From: an uncultured Bacilli bacterium
GTDB taxonomy: Bacteria > Bacillota_I > Bacilli_A > RF39 > UBA660
Assembly: GCA_947632405.1 (NCBI GenBank)
Contig: CANRPE010000004.1
Span: forward strand, 1 to 49,554
Reading direction: 5' to 3'
DNA: 49,554 nt
Part shown: positions 19,547 through 28,374 of the stretch, one piece after another
Layout of the letters: each line of letters opens with the position of its first letter
Numbering within the stretch: position 1 is the first letter of the stretch
Made by a program: the position numbers and the translations under genes
Notes under the pieces: model-generated
Database searches by the model: none
The model's input: the letters and a program-made list of their open reading frames with translations, nothing else
What the model was told of the DNA's origin: nothing

Positions 19547-20235
19547 CAAAGATTATAGATTTTTTAAAAAAATTATTTACTAAAGTTGGTAATATTTTTT
19601 ATGTAGGAGCAACAGATATTTTACCTGAACCATTATCTAGAGAAAAAGAAGACTTTTATTTAGGATTATTAGAAGAAGGTGATCAACAAGCTAGAGATAT
19701 TTTAATTGAGCATAATTTAAGATTAGTTGTCTTTTTATCTAAAAAATATGAAAATACAGGAGTAGATTTAGAGGATTTAGTGAGTATAGGAACAATTGGT
19801 TTAATTAAAGGTATTAATACATTTTCTCGAAATAAAAATATTAAATTAGCAACTTATGCTTCTAGATGCATTGATAATGAAATATTAATGTATTTAAGAA
19901 AAACTAAAAAATTAAAAACGGAAGTTAGTATAGATGCTTCTTTATCTTATGATTCAGAAGGTAATGAATTACATTTAGAAGATGTTTTAGGAACAGAAAA
20001 AGATTTAGTTACACGAGGAATTGAAGAAGAAAATGATCGAAAATTAATGATTAATGAAGTTATGAGATTAAATCCTCGTGATCGAGATATTATTATATTA
20101 AGATATGGATTACTAGGCAATAAAGAATTAACTCAAAAAGAAGTAGCAGAAAAATTAGGAATTTCTCAATCATATATTTCAAGAATAGAAAAAAAAGTAA
20201 TTAAACGATTAAAAACATTAGTAAATTATACATAA
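19543..20235 (+). CDS. sigE: sporulation sigma factor SigE (pro-sigma-E)
   Basis: Has a pro-sequence followed by YVGATDILPEPLSREKE, region 2 (NLRLVVFLSKKY, GTIGLIKGINTF) and the region 4 HTH (TQKEVAEKLGISQSYISRIEKK). SD AGGAG lies upstream of ATG 19543. Confidence 0.93.
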   Translation: MTKIIDFLKKLFTKVGNIFYVGATDILPEPLSREKEDFYLGLLEEGDQQARDILIEHNLRLVVFLSKKYENTGVDLEDLVSIGTIGLIKGINTFSRNKNIKLATYASRCIDNEILMYLRKTKKLKTEVSIDASLSYDSEGNELHLEDVLGTEKDLVTRGIEEENDRKLMINEVMRLNPRDRDIIILRYGLLGNKELTQKEVAEKLGISQSYISRIEKKVIKRLKTLVNYT

Positions 20236-20238
20236 AAG

Positions 20239-20261
20239 ATTGCACTTTGTGTAATTTTTTT
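20239..20261 (+). terminator. weak hairpin plus T7 after sigE
   Basis: attgcac-ttt-gtgtaat (one G-U pair) then TTTTTTT. Confidence 0.4.
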
Positions 20262-20311
20262 CTTGTAAAAGATATTTATTTTTTCTATACTAATAATGGA
20301 GGATATGATTT

Positions 20312-20905
20312 ATGGCAAAGTTATATTTTAGATATGGAGCAATGAATTCTGGAAAAACAACAATCTTATTACAAACTTCTTATAATTATGAAGAACGAGG
20401 AATGAAAACACTTCTTTTAAAACCAGGAATTGATACTAAAGGAGAAAATTATTTAGTTTCTAGAATTGGATTAAAAAGAAAAGTAGATCACATTATTTTA
20501 GAAGATGAAGATATTTATCAATATTTAGAAAAAAATCTAAAAAATATTTCGTGTGTATTTGTTGATGAAGCTCAATTTTTATCAAAACAACAAGTGGAAG
20601 ATTTGATGCAAGTGGTAGTTGATTTTAATATTCCAATCATGTGTTATGGTCTTAGAACAGATTTTCAGACAAAAGGATTTGAAGGTTCAACTAGACTTTT
20701 AGAAATAGCTCATTCTATTGATGAAATAAAAAGTATTTGTAAATGTGGCAAAAAAGCTATCTATAATTTAAGAAAAGTAAATGATAAATTTACCTTTTCA
20801 GGAGAACAAGTTGCTATTGATGGAAAAGATTCCGTAACTTATGAATCTTTATGTCCAAAATGTTGTTATCAACAGTTAAAAAGAATGAAAAATAATAAAA
20901 AGTAA
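20312..20905 (+). CDS. tdk: thymidine kinase
   Basis: P-loop GAMNSGKTT, VDEAQF, and C-terminal zinc ribbon CxxC...CxxC. Confidence 0.95.
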   Translation: MAKLYFRYGAMNSGKTTILLQTSYNYEERGMKTLLLKPGIDTKGENYLVSRIGLKRKVDHIILEDEDIYQYLEKNLKNISCVFVDEAQFLSKQQVEDLMQVVVDFNIPIMCYGLRTDFQTKGFEGSTRLLEIAHSIDEIKSICKCGKKAIYNLRKVNDKFTFSGEQVAIDGKDSVTYESLCPKCCYQQLKRMKNNKK

Positions 20906-20934
20906 AAGATAAAAGAATAAAAGGAGGAAAAACA

Positions 20935-23571
20935 ATGAAATATGTATATTCATTTAGTGAAGGTAATAAAGATATGAAAAATATTTTAGGTGGGAAAGGA
21001 GCAAATATTGCAGAAATGATATCACTTGGCTTACCTGTACCTAGAGGATTTACTGTTACTACAGATGCTTGTATTAAATATTATGAAGATAATGAAAACT
21101 TAAATGAAGAAATTACTAAACAAGTCTATGCTAAATTAGCAGAATTAGAAAAAGTAACAGGAAAAATATTAGGTGATATCAATAATCCTTTATTAGTTTC
21201 AGTTAGAAGTGGAGCACGAGTATCTATGCCTGGAATGATGGATACTATTCTTAATTTGGGAATGAATGATGAAGTGTGCTTAACAATTGCTAAAATGACA
21301 AATAATGAACGTTTTGCCTATGATTCATATCGTAGATTTATTCAAATGTTTGCGGATGTAGTAATGAATTTTCCAAAAGAAGATTTTGAAGGTTTATTTG
21401 ATAAAATCAAAGAAGAAAAACAAATAACTAATGATACTGAATTAACTGCTCTTGATTTAAAAGAAGTAATCGATAAGTATAAACAGCAATATAAAAAGCA
21501 TGCAAATACTGATTTTCCGCAAGATCCTAAAGTTCAATTGATTGAAGCAATTAAAGCAGTATTTAGAAGTTGGAATAATGATCGAGCTATTACATATAGA
21601 AAACTAAATAATATTCCTAGTGACTGGGGTACAGCTGTTAATGTTCAAGAAATGGTATATGGTAATAAAGGAGAAACTTCTGGAACAGGAGTTGCTTTTA
21701 CAAGAAATCCAGCAACTGGAGAAAAAAAATTATTTGGTGAATATTTAATAAATGCACAAGGAGAAGATGTTGTTGCTGGAATTCGTACTCCACAAAGTAT
21801 TGAAACTTTAAAAGATATTATGCCTAAGTGCTATGAAGAATTTCAAAAAATATGTACTATTTTAGAAAATCATTATAAAGATATGCAAGATATGGAATTT
21901 ACTATCGAAGAAGGTAAATTATTTATGTTGCAAACAAGAAATGGAAAAAGAACTGCAGAAGCTGCAATAAAAATTGCTGTAGATTTAGTTACAGAAAAAA
22001 TGATTAGTAAAGAAGAAGCACTTTTACGTGTAGATGCTACAAGTCTTGATCAACTTCTTCATCCAACATTTAAAAAAGAAGCTTTAGCAAAAGCTAAACT
22101 AATAACAACAGGTTTAGCAGCATCTCCTGGAGCTGCAACAGGAAGGATTTATTTTTCAGCAAGTGATGCTATTGATGCATATAAAAATAAACACGAAAAA
22201 GTATTATTAGTTCGAAAGGAAACATCTCCTGAGGATATCGATGGAATGAATATAGCTGAAGGTATATTAACAATTCACGGAGGTATGACTTCTCATGCTG
22301 CTGTAGTAGCAAGAGGTATGGGAAAATGTTGCGTTTCTGGGTGTAATGAATTAACTATAGATGAAATAAATAAAACTATTGCTATTAAAGAAGACATTCT
22401 TTTTCATGAGGGTGATTTCATTAGTATAGATGGAAATACGGGTAATGTTTATGGAGAACAAATTGAAACTGAAGAAAGAAAAATATCTGGTGCTTTTGAA
22501 ACATTTATGAATTGGGCTGATGAAAAAAGAACTTTAGGAGTTAGAGTTAATGCAGATACTCCAAAAGATGCTTTAACAGCTAAAAATTTTGGAGCTGAAG
22601 GTATTGGTTTATGTCGAACAGAACACATGTTTTTTGAACCAACTAGAATCTTTCATTTTCGTAAAATGATTATTGCTGAAACAAAAGAAGAAAGAGAAAA
22701 AGCTTTAAATGAAATATTAGAATATCAAAAAGATGATTTTTATAAACTATTAAAAACAATGGCAGGGTATGAAGTAACTATTCGTTTTCTAGATCCACCA
22801 TTACATGAATTTTTACCTAAAACTAATAAAGAAATCAATGAATTAGCACATAAATTAAAAATATCTTTTGATTCATTAAGTAAAAGAATAGATAGTTTAA
22901 AAGAATTTAATCCAATGATGGGTCATCGTGGTTGTCGTTTAGCTATAACTTATCCAGAAATTGCAATTATGCAAACTAAAGCTGTTATAGAAGCTGCAAT
23001 TAAACTAGAAGAAGAAAAAATAACAGTAGAACCTGAAATTATGATTCCATTAGTAGGTGATATAAACGAGTTAAAATATATTAAAAATATTATTAAAACA
23101 ACAGCTGATACTTTAATTTTAAATAAAAATTCACAAGTAAAATATAAAATTGGTACAATGATAGAAATTCCTAGAGCATGTATTATAGCTGATAAACTTG
23201 CTGAGGAAGCTGAATTTTTTAGTTTTGGTACTAATGATTTAACTCAATTAACTTATGGTTTTTCAAGAGATGATTCTCCTAAATTTTTAAAAGATTATTA
23301 TGAAAAAAATATATTTAAAGAGGATGTTTTTTCTTCGATAGATGAAGATGGTGTTGGAACACTAGTAAAAATGGCTGCAAGCTTAGGAAAAAAGACACGA
23401 CCTAATATTAGCTTAGGAATATGTGGTGAACATGGTGGAGATCCTAAATCAATTGAATTTTGTCACAAAAATAATTTAACGTATGTTTCTTGCAGTACCT
23501 ATCGAATTCCAATAGCACGCCTTGCCGCTGCACAAGCCGCAATCAAGTCTGGATGCAAGAGTAAAGAATGA
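20935..23571 (+). CDS. ppdK: pyruvate, phosphate dikinase
   Basis: 878 aa with LGGKGANIAEM, the phospho-His motif GGMTSHAAVVARG, and the PEP-utilising C-terminus GLCRTEHMF and FFSFGTNDLTQ. Confidence 0.97.
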   Translation: MKYVYSFSEGNKDMKNILGGKGANIAEMISLGLPVPRGFTVTTDACIKYYEDNENLNEEITKQVYAKLAELEKVTGKILGDINNPLLVSVRSGARVSMPGMMDTILNLGMNDEVCLTIAKMTNNERFAYDSYRRFIQMFADVVMNFPKEDFEGLFDKIKEEKQITNDTELTALDLKEVIDKYKQQYKKHANTDFPQDPKVQLIEAIKAVFRSWNNDRAITYRKLNNIPSDWGTAVNVQEMVYGNKGETSGTGVAFTRNPATGEKKLFGEYLINAQGEDVVAGIRTPQSIETLKDIMPKCYEEFQKICTILENHYKDMQDMEFTIEEGKLFMLQTRNGKRTAEAAIKIAVDLVTEKMISKEEALLRVDATSLDQLLHPTFKKEALAKAKLITTGLAASPGAATGRIYFSASDAIDAYKNKHEKVLLVRKETSPEDIDGMNIAEGILTIHGGMTSHAAVVARGMGKCCVSGCNELTIDEINKTIAIKEDILFHEGDFISIDGNTGNVYGEQIETEERKISGAFETFMNWADEKRTLGVRVNADTPKDALTAKNFGAEGIGLCRTEHMFFEPTRIFHFRKMIIAETKEEREKALNEILEYQKDDFYKLLKTMAGYEVTIRFLDPPLHEFLPKTNKEINELAHKLKISFDSLSKRIDSLKEFNPMMGHRGCRLAITYPEIAIMQTKAVIEAAIKLEEEKITVEPEIMIPLVGDINELKYIKNIIKTTADTLILNKNSQVKYKIGTMIEIPRACIIADKLAEEAEFFSFGTNDLTQLTYGFSRDDSPKFLKDYYEKNIFKEDVFSSIDEDGVGTLVKMAASLGKKTRPNISLGICGEHGGDPKSIEFCHKNNLTYVSCSTYRIPIARLAAAQAAIKSGCKSKE

Positions 23572-23702
23572 TATTGATGTCTTTTTAACCCGTATTATAA
23601 TCATTACAAAAGATGATTTAGTAAGGTATAGTGATGAAATACCTGAATGTAAATATGTAAGGTTAAAAGAGCCAATATTTGTTGATATTTATATATAAAT
23701 TT

Positions 23703-23743
23703 AGACTAAGATGACTTATTAAGTCACATATCTTAGTCTTTTT
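23703..23743 (+). terminator. hairpin copy A (agactaagat...atcttagtct plus T-run)
   Basis: 10-bp outer stem with an inner gactta/taagtc stem. It lies about 130 nt after the ppdK stop. Confidence 0.6.
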
Positions 23744-23924
23744 ATATGATATGTGACAAAGAATTTAAGGTAATAAACGTGCGACTAATATACACAAAAC
23801 CAAAATTAAAAGATTTATCACAAGGTTCAAGAATTGTTTTTGCTAGACAATTATAATGGAACTTTAGAAATAGCAAATATTTTAACAATACTATAAAATT
23901 TAGTATAAAAATGTATAAAAAGTG

Positions 23925-23954
23925 TTGACTTTATATATAAATATATGCTATATT
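23925..23954 (+). promoter_or_regulatory. sigma-A type promoter (TTGACT, 18-nt spacer, extended -10 TGcTATATT)
   Basis: Read directly from the sequence. It lies upstream of the small ORF at 24023. Confidence 0.55.
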
Positions 23955-24022
23955 CTATATTGATTAGTACTCAGGAAACTTATGAAGCCCTGAGTCAATT
24001 TTTATTTATGGGTGAATATTAT

Positions 24023-24262
24023 ATGAAAGAATATAAACATAATGAAGTTGAATGTTTTGATTTATTAGTTAAAGCAGAGGCTTATTTAACAAATAGAAAT
24101 TTAATTAATCAAACTATGTTTGACATTACAAGTACAGCTGATTTTAATTTAGAAGAACTACTATGTAGACCTAATACTATAGAATCAAATACATCTTTTG
24201 AGGATACTCAAAAACTATTGCAAAAAGCAGATAAAGAATTAAGAAAATATAAAAATTTCTAA
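24023..24262 (+). CDS. small hydrophilic hypothetical protein (79 aa)
   Basis: The track ORF starts at 23945, but that ATG lies inside the promoter's extended -10 region (the -10 hexamer itself spans 23949-23954). ATG 24023 has the SD-like GGGTGA 7 nt upstream. No family recognised. Confidence 0.4.
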   Translation: MKEYKHNEVECFDLLVKAEAYLTNRNLINQTMFDITSTADFNLEELLCRPNTIESNTSFEDTQKLLQKADKELRKYKNF

Positions 24263-24297
24263 AGCTATTTCAAATAAAAATATTTATCTATAAATAT

Positions 24298-24336
24298 AAA
24301 CTAAGATAATTTTTAAGTAATATATCTTAGTTTTTT
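24298..24336 (+). terminator. hairpin copy B (aaactaagata...tatcttagttt plus T-run)
   Basis: 11-bp stem after the small ORF. Its sequence is closely similar to copy A. Confidence 0.6.
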
Positions 24337-24440
24337 AGTTTTAAATTTGTAGTAATAATTAAAATAATAATATATTCTAAAGTAATTTTAGTATTTTTGT
24401 GATAAAATAAAATGTAGTATATAGTTAAGGAGCCTAAGAT

Positions 24441-27050
24441 ATGAGTGAATTTTATCAAAAAAATATTAATGAACTTTATAAAGAATTAAATACATCATCA
24501 TCTGGTTTAAATAATAAACAAGTAAAATATCTTCAACGAAAATTTGGAAAAAATGTTTTAGAAGAAACAGAAAAAATCACAAAATTACAATTATTTTTAA
24601 AACAATTTAAAAATATTATGGTTATTTTGTTATTTTGTGTTGGGATATTATCTTTAATACATGCCTTTATAAATAAAAGTGATTATCTAGAACCAATTGT
24701 AATTTTAGGAACTTCTATTCTTAATTGTATCATGGGCTTTTTACAAGAATATAAAGCTGCTGATGCTGTAGAAAAATTAAAAAATTATTCTCATGATTAT
24801 ATTAAAGTTAAACGTAATAATAAGTATATAGATATTGATTCTAAAAATTTAGTAGTAGGGGATTATATTATTTTAGAAAGTGGTGATAAAATTCCTGCAG
24901 ATGCAAGAATTATAAAAAGTTATTATGCGAAAGTAGATGAATCAATTTTAACAGGAGAAAGTTTAACAGTAGATAAAAATAATATTCAAATTGATAAAGA
25001 TGCTCCAATTTCTGAACGAAATAATATGGTATATTCTGGTACTTTATTAGTATCAGGAAAAATAGAAGCAATTGTTATTGCAACAGGAATGAACACAGAA
25101 TTAGGAAAAATAGCTCAAGCTATTAATACTCCAAAAAAAGTATTAACGCCCTTACAAATCAAAATAGAAAAAGTTAGTAAATTTATTACTTTAGTGGCAG
25201 GATTATTAGTAATTTTTGTACTAATATATGGAATAATAAATGACTATGATTTTTTTAGTATAGTAATGTTATGTGTTTCAATGATAATTGCTAGTGTTCC
25301 AGAATCATTACCAGTTGCTATTACAGCTACTTTAAATATTGGAATAAATCAAATGGCAAAGAAAAAATCAATTGTTAGGAATTTAGCAGCAATTGAAACT
25401 TTAGGAGCAACTAATATTATTTGTACTGATAAAACTGGAACTTTAACTGAAAATAAATTAAAAGTAATAAAAATATACAATTCTTTAAGATTAGTTGATA
25501 ATTTAGAAAAACAGGATTCAAAATTAGTAGAAGCAATAAGCTTATGTAATACAGCTCTAATGAGTAATAAGAAAGAATATGTTGGTGATTCAGTTGATGT
25601 TGCTTTAAAAAATTATTTAGTATCTCAAAAAATAGAAGACTTAAATTATAAAAAAATATATGAAATCCCATTTGATTCTGATCGAAAATTAATGAGTGTA
25701 ATATATAATAACAACAATAATCATAAGTTCTTATATACTAAGGGAAGTTTTGAAGCTATTTTACAAAAAAGTACTAAAGTATTAATTAATAATAAAATTG
25801 TTAATTTAAGTCAAGAAATAAAAAATAAATATTTACAACAAGAAAAAATAATGTCTTCTGAATCTTTAAAAGTATTAGGATTTGCATATAAAGAAATAAA
25901 TTTAAAGTCAAAAGATAATGATAATTATATTAAAGAAGAAGATAATTTAATTTTATTAGGCTTAGTAGGACTTAAAGATTCTATTCGAAATGATGTAAAA
26001 TCCTCAATAGAAACATGCCTTAATGCTGGAATTAAGATTATTATGTTAACAGGAGATAATTTACCAACAGCTTTTTCAATTGCTAAAGACGTTGGGATTT
26101 GTAAAGAAATTGATGAATGTATTAATGCTCAGGAACTTGATAATTTAGATGCACATGAAATAAAAAAATATGTAAATAAATATCGCGTTTTTGCACGAAT
26201 TAGTCCTCAATATAAGCTAGAAATTGTTAAAGCCTTGCAAAGTCAAGGTAAAGTTGTAGCTATGACAGGTGATGGAGTTAATGATGCTCCTGCTATAAAA
26301 TTAGCTCATGTTGGAATCGTCATGGGTCAAAGTGGAACTGATGTTACTAAAGATGTTGCTGATATAATTCTTTTAGATGACAGCTTTAATACTATAACAA
26401 CAGCAATTGAAGAAGGCAGAAGAATTTATGATAATGTCATTACGAATATTTTATATAACTTATCCAGTAATTTTACAGAAATATTAATTATTTTATTTGG
26501 AATATTAACAAAAAATCCAATCATATCAGCAATACATATTTTATATATTGATTTAGTAGCAGATACTTTGCCTTCGATTATGCTTGCTTTTGAAAAATCG
26601 TCAAATGATATTATTAAAAGAAAACCAAATGGATTAAATAAACCAATATTCACCCCATTTTTTACTGCATTTTTAATTTCTTCTGTTATTTTAGAAACAG
26701 GAGTTAGTTTATTTGTTTATTATTGCTTTATTCGATTTGGTCAAAATCTTGCTCAAACATTAGCACTTTTATCGATTATTATTAATGAATTTGTTTTTGC
26801 TTATAATTGTCGAAGCCTAAAAGAATTAATTTATCAACGTAAGGTATTTAGTAATAAATATTTAAATATTGGAATTTGTTTTTTATTAATAATTCAAATT
26901 ATAGTATTTTTGACGCCTATTGGTAAAATCTTTGGTTTAGTTACTATTACAATAGCAGAATTTATATATGTTGTATTAATAAATTTATTAATTTTTACTT
27001 TAATTGAATTATTAAAACCAGTATTAAATAAATATTTTAAAGATAATTAA
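24441..27050 (+). CDS. cation-transporting P-type ATPase (Ca2+-ATPase-like, P2 type)
   Basis: TGES, phosphorylation site ICTDKTGTLT, hinge MTGDGVNDAPAIK, and 10-TM architecture. 869 aa. Confidence 0.95.
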   Translation: MSEFYQKNINELYKELNTSSSGLNNKQVKYLQRKFGKNVLEETEKITKLQLFLKQFKNIMVILLFCVGILSLIHAFINKSDYLEPIVILGTSILNCIMGFLQEYKAADAVEKLKNYSHDYIKVKRNNKYIDIDSKNLVVGDYIILESGDKIPADARIIKSYYAKVDESILTGESLTVDKNNIQIDKDAPISERNNMVYSGTLLVSGKIEAIVIATGMNTELGKIAQAINTPKKVLTPLQIKIEKVSKFITLVAGLLVIFVLIYGIINDYDFFSIVMLCVSMIIASVPESLPVAITATLNIGINQMAKKKSIVRNLAAIETLGATNIICTDKTGTLTENKLKVIKIYNSLRLVDNLEKQDSKLVEAISLCNTALMSNKKEYVGDSVDVALKNYLVSQKIEDLNYKKIYEIPFDSDRKLMSVIYNNNNNHKFLYTKGSFEAILQKSTKVLINNKIVNLSQEIKNKYLQQEKIMSSESLKVLGFAYKEINLKSKDNDNYIKEEDNLILLGLVGLKDSIRNDVKSSIETCLNAGIKIIMLTGDNLPTAFSIAKDVGICKEIDECINAQELDNLDAHEIKKYVNKYRVFARISPQYKLEIVKALQSQGKVVAMTGDGVNDAPAIKLAHVGIVMGQSGTDVTKDVADIILLDDSFNTITTAIEEGRRIYDNVITNILYNLSSNFTEILIILFGILTKNPIISAIHILYIDLVADTLPSIMLAFEKSSNDIIKRKPNGLNKPIFTPFFTAFLISSVILETGVSLFVYYCFIRFGQNLAQTLALLSIIINEFVFAYNCRSLKELIYQRKVFSNKYLNIGICFLLIIQIIVFLTPIGKIFGLVTITIAEFIYVVLINLLIFTLIELLKPVLNKYFKDN

Positions 27051-27144
27051 ATTTATTAATATCAAAACAAATTACAATAGTAATAATTATTTATTCTTTA
27101 TTGATTTTTTGTTATAATATAAAATATAATGAGGTGATTAAAAG

Positions 27145-28056
27145 ATGAAGATTGTATGTGTTGGTCATGCAACATATGATATTACTTTACCAATGAATGC
27201 TTACCCACTTGAAAATAGTAAATATAGATTAAATACAAAAATTGAATGTGGTGGAGGTCCTGCTTCTAATGCTGCTTATTTACTTGCTAAATGGGGCGAA
27301 GAAACTGCTTTTGTTGGAATGGTTGGTAATGATTATTATGGTCAATCAATTATTAAAGAACTTAATGCTATCGGAGTAAATACAGAATATATTGAAAAAA
27401 ATTCAGCTACATCAACAGATAGTAGTTATATAATTAGTAACGTAGCAAATGGATCAAGAACTATTTTAACATCAAAAATAAAAGCATTTCCTTCTTTATC
27501 AAATCCAGTTGATATTACAGATGCAGCTTATATTTTAGCTGATGGAGAACATTATGAAACAACTAAAGAAGTTTTACTAAGAAATCCTAAGGCTATTAGT
27601 ATTTTAGATGCAGGTAGATGCACTAAAGAAGTTGTTAATTTAGGTCTTTTAGTAAAATATTTAATTTGCTCAAAAGATTTTGCTGAAAATTTTACAAATA
27701 TAAAAATAGATTATGATAATCCTCAAACTTTAATAAACGTGTATAACAGTCTAAAAAAATATTATAAAAATCAAATAATTATAATTACTTTAGAGGCAAA
27801 GGGAAGTTTTACTAAAATAAATGATGAATATAAAATAATTCCTAGTATTCCAGTTAAAGCTATTGATTCAACAGGAGCAGGAGATATTTTTCATGGAGCT
27901 TTTCTTTATTTTACTTTACAAAATTATAATTTAGAAAAAGCAATAAAACTAGCATCTATTACTGCTGCGATATCTGTAACAAGAATTGGTAGTAGGCATG
28001 CAATTCCTACTTTAGATGAAGTAATGGAGTTATATTCAAAATATGAATCTCTATAA
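27145..28056 (+). CDS. PfkB/ribokinase-family carbohydrate kinase
   Basis: GGGPASNAA near the N-terminus and the C-terminal DSTGAGDIFHGAF motif. Confidence 0.85.
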   Translation: MKIVCVGHATYDITLPMNAYPLENSKYRLNTKIECGGGPASNAAYLLAKWGEETAFVGMVGNDYYGQSIIKELNAIGVNTEYIEKNSATSTDSSYIISNVANGSRTILTSKIKAFPSLSNPVDITDAAYILADGEHYETTKEVLLRNPKAISILDAGRCTKEVVNLGLLVKYLICSKDFAENFTNIKIDYDNPQTLINVYNSLKKYYKNQIIIITLEAKGSFTKINDEYKIIPSIPVKAIDSTGAGDIFHGAFLYFTLQNYNLEKAIKLASITAAISVTRIGSRHAIPTLDEVMELYSKYESL

Positions 28057-28297
28057 TAATTGTCCTCAAATTGATTTACATGGAATTGATAGAGATTATG
28101 CTAAAATTTTAGTAAAAGATTTTATTTATGATCAATATCAATTAAAAGAAGAAACTGTTATTATTATTCATGGTATAGGAAAGGGAATTGTAAAAAATGC
28201 TGTTCACCAAGAATTAAGAAATAATCATTACGTAAAATCGTACAAATTAGATAATTTTAATATTGGATGTACTATTGTTAAATTACAACTAAAATAA
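28043..28297 (+). CDS. Smr (small MutS-related) domain protein
   Basis: DLHGIDRDYA ... IIHGIGKGIVKNAV pattern. Overlaps the pfkB-family gene by 14 nt. Confidence 0.85.
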   Translation: MNLYNNCPQIDLHGIDRDYAKILVKDFIYDQYQLKEETVIIIHGIGKGIVKNAVHQELRNNHYVKSYKLDNFNIGCTIVKLQLK

Positions 28298-28317
28298 TAG
28301 TATTTTTTAAGTGTTTA

Positions 28318-28346
28318 TTGACTTATTGAGATTTTTATGTTATTAT
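28318..28346 (+). promoter_or_regulatory. sigma-A type promoter TTGACT-17-TATTAT (TG at -15/-14)
   Basis: Read directly from the sequence, 29 nt upstream of the 28375 gene. Confidence 0.55.
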
Positions 28347-28374
28347 ATATAGCACTTAAAGGGGGTAAGGCTAT

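Noticed and set aside
23746-23856. 36-aa ORF (MICDKEFKVINVRLIYTKPKLKDLSQGSRIVFARQL) between hairpin A and the promoter.
   Set aside because: It has no SD and starts within the T-run of a terminator. It is too short and unsupported. At most it is a remnant.
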